DNA from: Muribaculaceae bacterium
Lineage (GTDB): Bacteria; Bacteroidota; Bacteroidia; Bacteroidales; Muribaculaceae
DNA: 32,265 bases
Assembly (NCBI GenBank): GCA_051871335.1
Contig: JBJECS010000286.1
Location: 1 to 32,265 of the forward strand
Reading direction: 5' to 3'
Below the pieces are notes generated by a model. It did no database searches, was not told the DNA's origin, and was given only the letters and a program-made list of their open reading frames with translations. The position numbers were made by a program, and so were the translations under genes. Below, in pieces: positions 8,615 through 18,168 of the stretch (its first letter is position 1; each line of letters opens with the position of its first letter).

Positions 8615-10171
8615 ATGAATATATACAACACTAAACAGATTGCGGCTATACACCGTAAAATGCTGGAGAAAACAGGCAGAAACGACCGTGACCTGCTCAT
8701 CAGCATTGCCGACCAGGTGGCATGCGAGATTGCCGAAAGATGGGATAGCAGAAAGCCCCTTATGGTGTTTGCCGGACCGGGCAAAAAGGGTGCTGCCGCT
8801 CTCTCCGTGGCTTATATCCTTGCCGACAGCCGTGGTTTTAAGACGGAAGTGTATATCGTTAACCGGGGTGGTGACCAGCTCTGCGAAGACACTGCTTTTT
8901 TCCGTGATGAACTCTTAAACAACGTAAAATATGGCGTTAAAGTGACTGAATTTATCAAGGAAATCACTCTCCCCATCATCAAACCTAATTACCTCGTTAT
9001 CGACGGACTTTTCGGTCCGGAAGAAAGCGATGCCGTACAGGGTGGACTAAAAAACCTCATCGACACCATAAATCGCGCGTCTAACGACGGTGCCACTACC
9101 ATCTCTATTGAAAACCCTTCTGGACTACCCGGTGACCTCACGGAAAACATCATAAACAGCAACTGCATTAGTGCTGACTTCACATTTGCAATTCATCGGC
9201 AATATCCCACATTTTTCCTCGACGACGTCGCTGAAGTACTTGGCGAAGTTGTAGTCCTCGACGTTGGCTTGCCGGAACTCACCAAAGAAGACGGACAAGA
9301 CTGCAACATCCGTTTGATTGACGAAATGGATGTTCACGCACTGCTATTCCGCCGCCCGCTGAATGTCTGCAAAGCAGACTTCGGAAACGGACTCATTATT
9401 GCAGGACAATATGGTATGATTGGTGCCGCTATTCTCTCCGCTCGCGGTGCTCTCCGCTCCGGTATTGGGAAACTCACCGTTATGGCGCCACGTTGCGCAT
9501 TTTCTGTCTTGCAGACTGCTGTGCCGGAAGCCCTTTTCAGAGCCGGAAAACACGACTTTTTCATTAACGACTTAGAGATAGGCGACAAACCGGGCTCACG
9601 CACCCGTTACGACTCCATCGCTATCGGCCCCGGTATTGGCACTCACGAAGATACTGTTAAAGCACTTGAATTATTTCTCACTAAATATCCCGAGCAGCCT
9701 CTCGTGCTTGATGCTGATGCGCTAAACTGCATCTCCACATGCCCCAGACTGCTAAACCTTCTCCCTAAACACTGCGTTATAACGCCACACAAGGGGGAAT
9801 TTGACAGACTTTTTGGTGCACACTCTTCAGACCGCGAAAGATTGCTCAAAGCTGTTGAAGCTGCGCGACAATGCAAGATTATTATCGTGCTGAAAGGACA
9901 CCACTCCGCTATCGTGCTCCCTAATGGCAAAATTTTCATCTCCTCAAACGGCACTCCTGCCATGGCCACTGCCGGCTCAGGCGACGTATTGACCGGTATG
10001 ATTATGTCTTTTCTCGCACAGGGCTACAACACTCTCAAGTCCGCTGTCTTGGCAGCATACCTTCATGGAGAGGCGGGAAAACTCGCGGAGGAAATTCATG
10101 GCACTTACGGCGTAACTGCCTCAGACATAGCAGATAACATTGGCAAAGCTATAAAGAATTACTTACGTTAA
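8615..10171 (+). CDS. nnr: bifunctional NAD(P)H-hydrate epimerase / ADP-dependent NAD(P)H-hydrate dehydratase
   Basis: 518 aa. The N-terminal half is YjeF_N-like (VFAGPGKKGAAALSVA). The C-terminal half is carbohydrate-kinase-like (GPGIG, VLDADAL, GTPAMATAGSGDVLTGMI). Confidence 0.88.
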   Translation: MNIYNTKQIAAIHRKMLEKTGRNDRDLLISIADQVACEIAERWDSRKPLMVFAGPGKKGAAALSVAYILADSRGFKTEVYIVNRGGDQLCEDTAFFRDELLNNVKYGVKVTEFIKEITLPIIKPNYLVIDGLFGPEESDAVQGGLKNLIDTINRASNDGATTISIENPSGLPGDLTENIINSNCISADFTFAIHRQYPTFFLDDVAEVLGEVVVLDVGLPELTKEDGQDCNIRLIDEMDVHALLFRRPLNVCKADFGNGLIIAGQYGMIGAAILSARGALRSGIGKLTVMAPRCAFSVLQTAVPEALFRAGKHDFFINDLEIGDKPGSRTRYDSIAIGPGIGTHEDTVKALELFLTKYPEQPLVLDADALNCISTCPRLLNLLPKHCVITPHKGEFDRLFGAHSSDRERLLKAVEAARQCKIIIVLKGHHSAIVLPNGKIFISSNGTPAMATAGSGDVLTGMIMSFLAQGYNTLKSAVLAAYLHGEAGKLAEEIHGTYGVTASDIADNIGKAIKNYLR

Positions 10172-10185
10172 GCAATTTTGAAAAT

Positions 10186-11265
10186 ATGAAGCGACTTTTC
10201 ACCTTTGCTCTCGCTGCTGCATCTCTCTTCGCTGCCGGAGCACAGACCACACAGAAAATCACCGCCACTAAGGCTAATGAATACGGGATTGTCTATACCC
10301 TGCCCAATACGGTGCTGGATATAACCATCGAAACTGAAACTACCGTCAAAGAGCCGGGAGAATTTTTCAAGTATGCAAAAAAATATCTCAATGTTGATAA
10401 TCCAATAGACAAAAAATCGGTGAACACCACCGTCAAGAGCGTCACTGTCAATTCTCGCGGTGTCGCAAACCCGGAGGAGAGATATATCGTCACTTTCAAG
10501 CCCGGAGTTTCACCTTTCGTAGTGATAAACAGCGAGAATTTGCCTCTTGCTATCAACTCAGAAAAATTCCTGAAGCAAACTGAAATAGAGCTGCCTACTC
10601 CACAAAAAGCCGAGCCTACACCGCTACAGACTTCTGCGGCACAGCAGGTTATATCTGAAGAAATGCTTCAGAGTCAATCTTCCGCAAAGCGCGCAGAACT
10701 TGCAGCCGCACAGATTTATCAGTTACGGCAATACCGCTCTGAATTGCTCACTGGGCAGAGCGATGCAATGCCACCTGACGGTAATGCACTGAAAATAGTC
10801 CTTGACAACATCAATGCACAGGAAGCGGCGCTCGTAGCTATGTTTGTGGGTACAACACAGACTTATACCGACGTGAAATCAATGACTTACACGCCTGAAG
10901 AAGAAGTGACCGACGAGATTATCGCTCGCGTTTCCGCCATTGATGGCATCGTTGCAGCCGACGACCTTTCAGGCGCTCCACTGACGTTGACAATGAAAAT
11001 TACTGAACGTGGCGAAATGCCTACCGACGAGAAAGGTATCACTGTACCTTTCCCCAAAAACGGATTTGCATACCGCATCCCCGGCAAAATTGAAGTCGCC
11101 ATCAAATATGATGGTGATGAACTTTTCCGCAGCCAATTCCGCACCGCACAGTTTGGCGTCACTTACGGACTGAACCCCAACTCTTTCACTGACAAGAAAG
11201 AGCCTATTTACCTCATCTTTGACCCCGTAACCGGTGCCGCCGCTGAAATTGGCGCTGCACAGTAA
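10186..11265 (+). CDS. secreted protein of unknown function, DUF4831-like
   Basis: 359 aa with signal peptide MKRLFTFALAAASLFAAGAQ. It lies 14 nt downstream of nnr, so it is probably co-transcribed. The family assignment is from memory of size and taxonomic range only. Confidence 0.6.
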   Translation: MKRLFTFALAAASLFAAGAQTTQKITATKANEYGIVYTLPNTVLDITIETETTVKEPGEFFKYAKKYLNVDNPIDKKSVNTTVKSVTVNSRGVANPEERYIVTFKPGVSPFVVINSENLPLAINSEKFLKQTEIELPTPQKAEPTPLQTSAAQQVISEEMLQSQSSAKRAELAAAQIYQLRQYRSELLTGQSDAMPPDGNALKIVLDNINAQEAALVAMFVGTTQTYTDVKSMTYTPEEEVTDEIIARVSAIDGIVAADDLSGAPLTLTMKITERGEMPTDEKGITVPFPKNGFAYRIPGKIEVAIKYDGDELFRSQFRTAQFGVTYGLNPNSFTDKKEPIYLIFDPVTGAAAEIGAAQ

Positions 11266-11274
11266 AAAGACAAC

Positions 11275-11316
11275 ATACAATAAAGCGTGGCTTCACCAAG
11301 TCACGCTTTATTGTAT
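11275..11316. terminator. bidirectional terminator between the convergent DUF4831-like gene and fabD
   Basis: ATACAATAAAGCGTG (11275-11289) is the exact reverse complement of CACGCTTTATTGTAT (11302-11316). This gives a 15-bp perfect stem with a 12-nt loop. Confidence 0.7.
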
Positions 11317-11400
11317 TTGTGAGTGTTAATAAAAAAATTAGGGCTATCCTCACGGACTACCCTAACGGAAAGAGTGTTGGAATGAAATATATTTAGGGAA

Positions 11401-12279
11401 TTATTGCTTTCCTGAAACTTCCATGTTGCCATCGATTTTCTTGACAAGACCCTGAAGAACCTTGCCTGGACCGAGTTCAACAAATTCTGTAGCACCTGCT
11501 GCCACCATATTGCGTACAGACTGAGTCCAGCGTACCGGAGCAGTGAGCTGCGCTATTAGGTTTGCCTTGATTTCTGCAGGGTCTGTATGCGGCTGTGCAT
11601 CCACATTCTGGAATACAGGGCATACCGGCTCATGGATTTCTGTCGCTGCGATTGCCTCTGCGAGTTCTGCGCGTGCTGGCTCCATACATGGTGAGTGGAA
11701 CGCACCACCTACCTTCAATGGAACTACTCGGCGTGCGCCCGCTGCGGCTAACTTCTCGCTTGCTGCGGCTACTGCCTCTACCTCACCTGAAATCACAATC
11801 TGACCCGGTGAGTTATAGTTTGCACACACTACTACACCTTCTACCTCTGCGCATACGTTCTCTACAACTTCATCCGCAAGTCCGAGAACGGCTGCCATAG
11901 TTGATGGCTTCAGCTCGCATGCTTTCTGCATTGCCATTGCACGAGCTGATACAAGGCGTAGACCATCTTCAAAGTTCAGTGCACCTGCTGCTACAAGTGC
12001 TGAAAATTCGCCAAGTGAATGACCTGCTGTCATGTCTGGCTTAAATTCTTCGCCAAGAGTCTTGGCGAGGATTACGCTATGTAAAAAGATTGCAGGCTGG
12101 GTAACTCGAGTCTGACGTAGGTCTTCATCTGTCCCTGCAAACATTAAGTCTGTAATTCTGAAACCTAAAATGTCATTAGCTTTCTCAAACATCTCATGAG
12201 CTACAGCATTGTTGTCGTATAGGTCTTTACCCATACCTACAAACTGCGCGCCCTGGCCTGGAAATACAAATGCTTTCAT
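11401..12279 (-). CDS. fabD: ACP S-malonyltransferase (malonyl-CoA:ACP transacylase)
   Basis: 292 aa with FPGQGAQFVGMG and active-site GHSLGEFSA, plus the GAFHSP motif. Confidence 0.93.
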   Translation of the reverse strand: MKAFVFPGQGAQFVGMGKDLYDNNAVAHEMFEKANDILGFRITDLMFAGTDEDLRQTRVTQPAIFLHSVILAKTLGEEFKPDMTAGHSLGEFSALVAAGALNFEDGLRLVSARAMAMQKACELKPSTMAAVLGLADEVVENVCAEVEGVVVCANYNSPGQIVISGEVEAVAAASEKLAAAGARRVVPLKVGGAFHSPCMEPARAELAEAIAATEIHEPVCPVFQNVDAQPHTDPAEIKANLIAQLTAPVRWTQSVRNMVAAGATEFVELGPGKVLQGLVKKIDGNMEVSGKQ

Positions 12280-12323
12280 TTTATCTTTTTCTTAGTAAAT
12301 TGTCTTTATTTCGTTTTACGCTG

Positions 12324-12331
12324 CAAAGTTA
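12324..12331 (-). promoter_or_regulatory. -7 promoter box (TAACTTTG on the minus strand) for fabD
   Basis: Plus-strand CAAAGTTA lies 45 nt upstream of the fabD ATG (12279). Confidence 0.5.
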
Positions 12332-12431
12332 ATAATTATTTTTTAATTACGGAAAAAAATCCACAATTATTTTTCATTGATTTTCAATTTTTGCAACACA
12401 AAACAAAACAGCAACTCATTATATACTTAAA

Positions 12432-13607
12432 TTACAGCGTATTACTCAATGCCTCCGCCAAAGCATCAAATGCCGCCTCGTCTGCCTGATTGTAGGCAGA
12501 ACGAATTGTCACTACCGGCTCTATAAGTGTCAAATCTTTCATTTCGCTGATTGCCTCCTTCATAGCTTTCGCCGCACAAGGTGCCCATGTTCCATTCTCA
12601 AGTATTCCCACGCGGCGCTTCTGATAGTTTTTGTGCTTCAGGCGAGAGAGGAAAATGTCCATCGGAGTAAACACCCCACCGTCGTAGCTCGACGCCGCAA
12701 GCAAAAGACGGTCATAGCGGAACGCATCCTCCACCGCCTCTGCTATATCTTCTCTTGTGATGTCGCTGAAAGCAACTTTCACTCCTCGTTCACGCAATTT
12801 TTCGGCAAGTAGTTCCGCTGCCTTTAGAGTATGACCATGTATTGACGCCACTGCTATGAACACGCCTTTATCTTCCGGCTCATAGCTGCTCCATGTGTTG
12901 TATTTATCTATATAATAGCCCAGATTTTCTTTGAGCACCGGTCCATGGAGCGGCGCTATGGCATTCACCGGCAAATTTGCCACTTTCTTTAACAGGCATT
13001 GCACTGAAGCACCGTATTTACCCACTATATTGAAATAATATCTACGCGCCTCACATGTCCAGTCGTCGGCATCTGCGTCATACACGCCAAATTTCCCGAA
13101 TGCATCTGCGCTAAACAGCACTTTATCAGCTTGTTCATACGCAACCATTGTTTCGGGCCAGTGAACCATCGGTGCCATGAAAAACTTTAGCGTATGTTTG
13201 CCTAACGACAGCGTGTCACCTTCTTTCACCACAACCTTCCTGTCGCTAAAATCCACATCGTTGAAAAATTGGCTCAGGAATGTGAATGTCTTGGCGTTCC
13301 CAACTATTTTCGCTTCAGGATATGCCTCGCAAAAACGCTTTACGCCCGCGCTGTGGTCCGGCTCTACATGTAAAACCACAAGATAGCTCGGCTTTCTTCC
13401 CTTAAGGCATCTGTTTACGTTATCCATCCATTCATCTACTTTCCGAACATCCACCGCATCCATCACGGCTATCTGCTCGTCGTCAATGAAATAGGAATTA
13501 TATGCCATACCCTGCTCAAGTGCGTATTGGCTCTCAAACAGCCGCAGCTCCGGGTCATCAACTCCTACATAGATTATTTCATCTGAAATCCTTTTTTCGC
13601 TTGTCAT
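12432..13607 (-). CDS. FprA-family A-type flavoprotein (flavodiiron O2/NO reductase: MBL-like plus flavodoxin domains)
   Basis: 391 aa with di-iron motif HVEPDHSAG (HxExDH) in the N-terminal metallo-beta-lactamase-like domain. The C-terminal flavodoxin-like domain contains VFIAVASIHGHT. Confidence 0.85.
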   Translation of the reverse strand: MTSEKRISDEIIYVGVDDPELRLFESQYALEQGMAYNSYFIDDEQIAVMDAVDVRKVDEWMDNVNRCLKGRKPSYLVVLHVEPDHSAGVKRFCEAYPEAKIVGNAKTFTFLSQFFNDVDFSDRKVVVKEGDTLSLGKHTLKFFMAPMVHWPETMVAYEQADKVLFSADAFGKFGVYDADADDWTCEARRYYFNIVGKYGASVQCLLKKVANLPVNAIAPLHGPVLKENLGYYIDKYNTWSSYEPEDKGVFIAVASIHGHTLKAAELLAEKLRERGVKVAFSDITREDIAEAVEDAFRYDRLLLAASSYDGGVFTPMDIFLSRLKHKNYQKRRVGILENGTWAPCAAKAMKEAISEMKDLTLIEPVVTIRSAYNQADEAAFDALAEALSNTL

Positions 13608-13692
13608 ATATCGTACTATTGAAAAACGTCTTGTTTAGGAGTGCAAAGTTCTCAATTTTTTACCGATAATGCAAGTAATTTAATAGAAAAAT

Positions 13693-13722
13693 AGGGCGAA
13701 CGCCATTTTTTGCGTCCGCCCT
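13693..13722 (-). terminator. rho-independent terminator downstream of the T9SS cargo gene
   Basis: AGGGCGAACGC (13693-13703) pairs with GCGTCCGCCCT (13712-13722) with one mismatch. On the minus strand the stem is followed by ATTTTTCTATT. Confidence 0.6.
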
Positions 13723-13749
13723 GTGAAAGATTGATATGTTATTGAGAGT

Positions 13750-16700
13750 TTACTTTCTGAGGTAAACTTTCTTTCCGTTGATTACATAAATACCACTGCG
13801 CAGATTGCGTATATCTGCCGCTGTGCCATTCTTTACAACCTGTACACCATCTACTGTGTAAACGTTGATTGCTCCATCTTTACCTGCGTAGATAAGTTCT
13901 AAGCCGCTATCCTTAACTTCCCATGTAAATACAAGGGCATTTGCATTGAGATAGTACTCCATATAGTCGTATGTATAAGTGGTGTATTCTGCCGGTACTG
14001 TGAGAGTATATACTCCTTCTTCCGTAAATCCACCATTATACTGGCTGAGCTCAAACGCAAGCTGATTCATACCTGCGCCGTAGTTCTTAACCATAGACAC
14101 GTCTTTGCCTGTACCGTCAGGTAGTGTGAGGGTTGGCACATCGCTGCCGGCATAGCTGTAGTTCCAGTCTGTAGACATACAGTCTGTGTATGTAAGCACT
14201 ACATCTCCAAGCTTATCAATATATGAGCCGCTTTCAGGGTCTGAAACAACTTCAAGTTCCGGAGCCGGTGCAAGGATTGTGTACTTGAATTTAAAGTCTG
14301 ACTCACTTGGTGCGCCATATTCAAAGTTTACAGAACCCGCTGGCAATGTAAGTACATAGTCTCCCGGCTCGGTGAGCTCGTCGGTTAGGCTGATGTGAAG
14401 ACCGTTTTCTGCCTCTCCCCATGCAAGATTTGCATCGGTCATTGTCAGTGTTTCGCCACTTGGCAGTTGTACGGTTGGATAGCCACTGCCCCAGCCTGCT
14501 TCTGTATGGTCGTTGAATGTGATTTCAAATTCCTTGAGACTTTCTACTGTCCCTGTAGCAGGGGTGATGGTGATATTTTCTTTAACACTGATTGTGTAGT
14601 GGAACTGCATATCGTATGTATTGACTCCGCCATCGATATTGAGGCATCCGGTTGGTATCGTGAATACATATTCTCCAGGTGCGCTATATTCTTCCGGCAG
14701 ATATGCTACAACCTCGTTATATCCTACGCCCCATGTAGTATTTGTGACATTTACAACGTCACCACTTGGCAGTGTAATTGTTGGATTGCCTGAGCCCCAC
14801 ATTACATCTGTGCGGTCCGGGAATGTCAGATAGAGCCGATAGAGGCTTTCAACCTCACCTTCTTCAGGGCTGATTACCACATTCTCAAGCGTTACAACCT
14901 GATATTCAAATACTATTTCCTTGTCATTTGCATCTGAGTCACCGAGCATTACAGTTCCTGCCGGGAAGACGAGGCGGTATGTGCCCTCTGTGGCCACCTC
15001 TTCATTAAGGTGCAGATATATCATATTCCACACATCCCAGTTTACGTCAAGGTTAGTGTCCTGATTGAGTGTCTGCAATACGTTTCCTTCACCATCCTCG
15101 AGGCGTGGGAATGCACTCCAGCTCCACCCTGCCGATTCGTAGTCGTTGAATGTGATTTCAAAGTCCTTAAGGCTGCCTACAGGACCCGGAACAGGGCTGA
15201 TTGAAATGTTGTATGAAGGCACTGTGCCGTCATCAACAGTCACTGTGTATGAGAATGAACGGTTGCTCATCAGTCCGAAGCCTGTGCCGCTACCTCCTAC
15301 GTTGAAGAATGCTTCAGGTACTACTATTGTATACACGCCACCGGCTGTAATTTCATTTGTTAGCGGTACGATTACCTTTGTTGAATAGTCTGCTGCGCCT
15401 TCAACAACGCCCTGGATATTCTCATTGTCTGAAGTTGCTACAAGTTCGCGTAGCTTGTTATATACCTCTATCTTGTAGCCATAGTATGTATATGCCAGAC
15501 CGGTAGGATATGAGAATGTGAGAGATGATAATGTTTCCACTGTCGCATCTTCTGCCGGGTCTACAATTTCCGGAACAGGCAGGTTGTATTTTGCATCAAA
15601 GTTTATTGTGAAGAATGCGTTTTCTTCCTCTCCATTATTTCCTTGAAGGATTCTGCCTTCCATATCCTTTACCTGTACACTCACTTTGAATGAATCATAC
15701 TGAGTAAGTACAATTGAAGGAATTGTAAATGTTGCCTCTATATTGTCATCGCTCATAGCGACGCCGCAATCCTGTGTCGCTCCTTGACCCAAGATAGCAA
15801 ATGCCTGAGCTATCTGTACCGGACCACTGAATGTGAGTTTGAAAGTATTTGCTTCAGCGCTCTGAAGGTCATAGTCAGGGTCGTTATTAGGATAGTTCAA
15901 TACGCTCGGGTCTATAAGTTTCACTGAGCTGTACTGATATTCCTGGCATGCTCCCTTGATTACTATCGCTGTTGAGTCTACATAGCTGGACTTGTCATTA
16001 TAGAAGTCTGAATTTGTACTGTATGCTTTCAGGGTGATTGCATAATCATTACCTTGATACAGCTTATAGTCTCTAGGCAACCAGAAGCTCCAGTGACCTT
16101 CTGATGTCTTGCTTGTTGTCTCATAGAAGCTCTTTACGATATCGCCTGTTGTAAGGTTGTCTATCTGGTAAACCATGCAGCCTACTACGTCATCTACAGA
16201 CGTTGAAACTTCAAGGTATGATTCTGCAACTAACTTCTCAAGTGACTCTACTGTCAGCAGGTCTGCGAGTTCTCCGGTGATTTCCGTTTCATCCGCATTC
16301 TTTGTAACCATCTTTGCGGATGTAACCGTCATTGCTGAAGACTCTACACCTGCTGTAGTGTATGTTGCTGTGATTTCTGCTGAATGGTCAAGACCATCAG
16401 GAGCCTCAAGGTTATATGGTGATACTATCACCTGAGTGTCTGCGTCGCGTGCAAAGCTTGGCACCGGCACTGTCAGTGTCACTGAATTGTCTGCCTCTGT
16501 CTCCACCTTGGTGATATTGTCGTTCATCACCTGTGCCACCTTGGCTTCTCCTCCTGAAACGTATGCAAACTGCACACCGTCGTACGCAAGCTTGCCTCCT
16601 GTTTCCTGATACCAGATTTCTATGCTGCTCACTCCATCTATTGAGCCTGAACCCGGTGTAAATTCGCTCGCCAGGCTGTATGAAACTTCCTGATATGCGT

Positions 16701-17850
16701 ATGATACAGTAAAGCTACCTATTGAACCTGAGCCTTCGCTATATACCGGATTGCCCGCTGCATCTTTCACACCTGAAAGATGTACGGCGATTGTCTCAAA
16801 CTGTGCTGCCTCATCTTCTGTTGCCATTGGGAGCATATCTACCGCACGGCGAAGCTTACCGCGCACATCGATTGCTATCATCTGGTCTCCAAAGAATTTT
16901 ACCTGAAGTGGCTCAACATAGCTTAGGTTTTCATACTCAATATTACCGAACTCAAGGTATGCGCTGATTTCAGCTGATGTGTCAAGTGCTCCGTCAAAGT
17001 TAAACTGGATTAATCCTGTGCTTGAGCTTGCAGGAAGCCATGAATAGAACACATCCATGCCTGTGCCGGGGGTGTTTACCGTAGACGTAAGCTTGACTGG
17101 CTTAGCGCCGGCTTCATATGGCAAAGTCAAATCACCAAGTGACTCTTTTCCATCTACTGTAGTCACATTCTTGAAGTCAAAGTATATATAATCTCCCTCC
17201 TCTAGCTCACCGCTTTCATACATCGGCACGATGGTTTCTTTGGCTTCTATCGAGATAAACTTACCCTGAACAGTATATTTGACAGTTTTTGTTGAGCCGT
17301 CATATAACCTCATATTGACGCCATCAACCTTTACGTCCTTGTTAAACTCAGCAGTAACATATGCACTTGCAGCATTAAGTACAGAAGTCGCCTCCGGCGT
17401 GTTGCCTACCCATTCCAATGGCGTTGGCGCACCAAAGTTCACTTTGATTGTTCCTCCATTCATGCAGAAGTTGCAATACAAATAGATAATCGTGCCTTTT
17501 GCCGTTCCGTTGGCAAATTTCACCGTTGTTGTGAATGGCGAAAAGTTACCCGTAATCGTGCCAACTTCTTGCTCCATTGCGGCATCGGAATAAGCACTAA
17601 TTTGGTCGTTTGACACAATTTCAAGCACAACATTGTCTGTTGTGACATCTTCAGGTACCACAAACTGACCATAGAATGGCTTCATTGATGTGGTCTGATA
17701 CTCTCCCGCGCTTTCTATCACAAGCGGGTCATCTGCCGTGAGACCACTTCCTGCAGCAAATGCCGTGTAAGCGCCTATCGCTAACACAGCCACTATCAAT
17801 GCTACACGAGAGTACACCGACTTAAAAGCAGAGTAGAAATAATCTCTCAT
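13750..17850 (-). CDS. large secreted repeat protein (adhesin-like) with a T9SS type-A C-terminal sorting domain
   Basis: 1366 aa. The signal peptide ends at ...GAYTAFA|AG. There are at least 5 tandem beta-rich modules at aa 756-1312. The last ~54 aa (INVYTVDGVQVVKNGTAADIRNLRSGIYVINGKKVYLRK) resemble a Por secretion tail. No catalytic motif such as HEXXH was recognised. Confidence 0.8.
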   Translation of the reverse strand: MRDYFYSAFKSVYSRVALIVAVLAIGAYTAFAAGSGLTADDPLVIESAGEYQTTSMKPFYGQFVVPEDVTTDNVVLEIVSNDQISAYSDAAMEQEVGTITGNFSPFTTTVKFANGTAKGTIIYLYCNFCMNGGTIKVNFGAPTPLEWVGNTPEATSVLNAASAYVTAEFNKDVKVDGVNMRLYDGSTKTVKYTVQGKFISIEAKETIVPMYESGELEEGDYIYFDFKNVTTVDGKESLGDLTLPYEAGAKPVKLTSTVNTPGTGMDVFYSWLPASSSTGLIQFNFDGALDTSAEISAYLEFGNIEYENLSYVEPLQVKFFGDQMIAIDVRGKLRRAVDMLPMATEDEAAQFETIAVHLSGVKDAAGNPVYSEGSGSIGSFTVSYAYQEVSYSLASEFTPGSGSIDGVSSIEIWYQETGGKLAYDGVQFAYVSGGEAKVAQVMNDNITKVETEADNSVTLTVPVPSFARDADTQVIVSPYNLEAPDGLDHSAEITATYTTAGVESSAMTVTSAKMVTKNADETEITGELADLLTVESLEKLVAESYLEVSTSVDDVVGCMVYQIDNLTTGDIVKSFYETTSKTSEGHWSFWLPRDYKLYQGNDYAITLKAYSTNSDFYNDKSSYVDSTAIVIKGACQEYQYSSVKLIDPSVLNYPNNDPDYDLQSAEANTFKLTFSGPVQIAQAFAILGQGATQDCGVAMSDDNIEATFTIPSIVLTQYDSFKVSVQVKDMEGRILQGNNGEEENAFFTINFDAKYNLPVPEIVDPAEDATVETLSSLTFSYPTGLAYTYYGYKIEVYNKLRELVATSDNENIQGVVEGAADYSTKVIVPLTNEITAGGVYTIVVPEAFFNVGGSGTGFGLMSNRSFSYTVTVDDGTVPSYNISISPVPGPVGSLKDFEITFNDYESAGWSWSAFPRLEDGEGNVLQTLNQDTNLDVNWDVWNMIYLHLNEEVATEGTYRLVFPAGTVMLGDSDANDKEIVFEYQVVTLENVVISPEEGEVESLYRLYLTFPDRTDVMWGSGNPTITLPSGDVVNVTNTTWGVGYNEVVAYLPEEYSAPGEYVFTIPTGCLNIDGGVNTYDMQFHYTISVKENITITPATGTVESLKEFEITFNDHTEAGWGSGYPTVQLPSGETLTMTDANLAWGEAENGLHISLTDELTEPGDYVLTLPAGSVNFEYGAPSESDFKFKYTILAPAPELEVVSDPESGSYIDKLGDVVLTYTDCMSTDWNYSYAGSDVPTLTLPDGTGKDVSMVKNYGAGMNQLAFELSQYNGGFTEEGVYTLTVPAEYTTYTYDYMEYYLNANALVFTWEVKDSGLELIYAGKDGAINVYTVDGVQVVKNGTAADIRNLRSGIYVINGKKVYLRK
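13915..15585 (-). repeat. five tandem in-frame coding modules (~102-120 codons each) inside the T9SS cargo gene
   Basis: Module boundaries in nt are A 15235-15585, B 14896-15234, C 14590-14895, D 14275-14589 and E 13915-14274. The shared pattern is [IV]xPxxGxVxSLxxFxITF...W...G.Y.L..P.G...F.Y.[IV]. Modules B and D share FEITFND, encoded by an identical 21-mer. Confidence 0.8.
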
Positions 17851-18095
17851 CGTAAAAAAATAATTTTTGCCTCACCGAGATTTCTCACGGATTGGCGGTT
17901 AAACATATTATTGATTTTATTTTAAACTCATTTTTCCATCTTTATCATGCCATTTGTAGAAAAGTGAAAAGAAATGCCCTTATTTTGTAGCAAATATCAA
18001 TATTTTTATGCAAGAAAACTGAACACAAAAAAGCGATTATCTTACAATTTTAGACATTCTCAAAGCAATAACTACAATTTTCTCTTTTGACACTG

Positions 18096-18103
18096 CAAAG
18101 TTA
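18096..18103 (-). promoter_or_regulatory. -7 promoter box (TAACTTTG on the minus strand), likely promoter of the T9SS cargo gene
   Basis: Plus-strand CAAAGTTA. This is the only exact TAnnTTTG match I found in the 318-nt gap upstream of the ATG at 17850. It implies a 5' leader of roughly 240 nt. Confidence 0.45.
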
Positions 18104-18168
18104 CAACTTTTTATCACTGTTTCAAAGTATTTTTGCAAAAAAATCATTTCTCCGCAATAGAAAAATTA

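Noticed and set aside
8468-8653. N-terminal extension of the DUF4301 ORF (first 62 codons in the track).
   Set aside because: The extension is AT-rich junk-like sequence (MYSRNLFSVVYIHDANISFIF...). It overlaps the nnr start and both divergent promoter boxes. The conserved-looking protein begins at Met63 (ATG 8467).
18130-18141. 12-bp palindrome TTTTTGCAAAAA downstream of the GNAT stop.
   Set aside because: It is low-complexity A/T sequence with no loop. It is unlikely to form a functional terminator and is easily produced by chance in this AT-rich islet.
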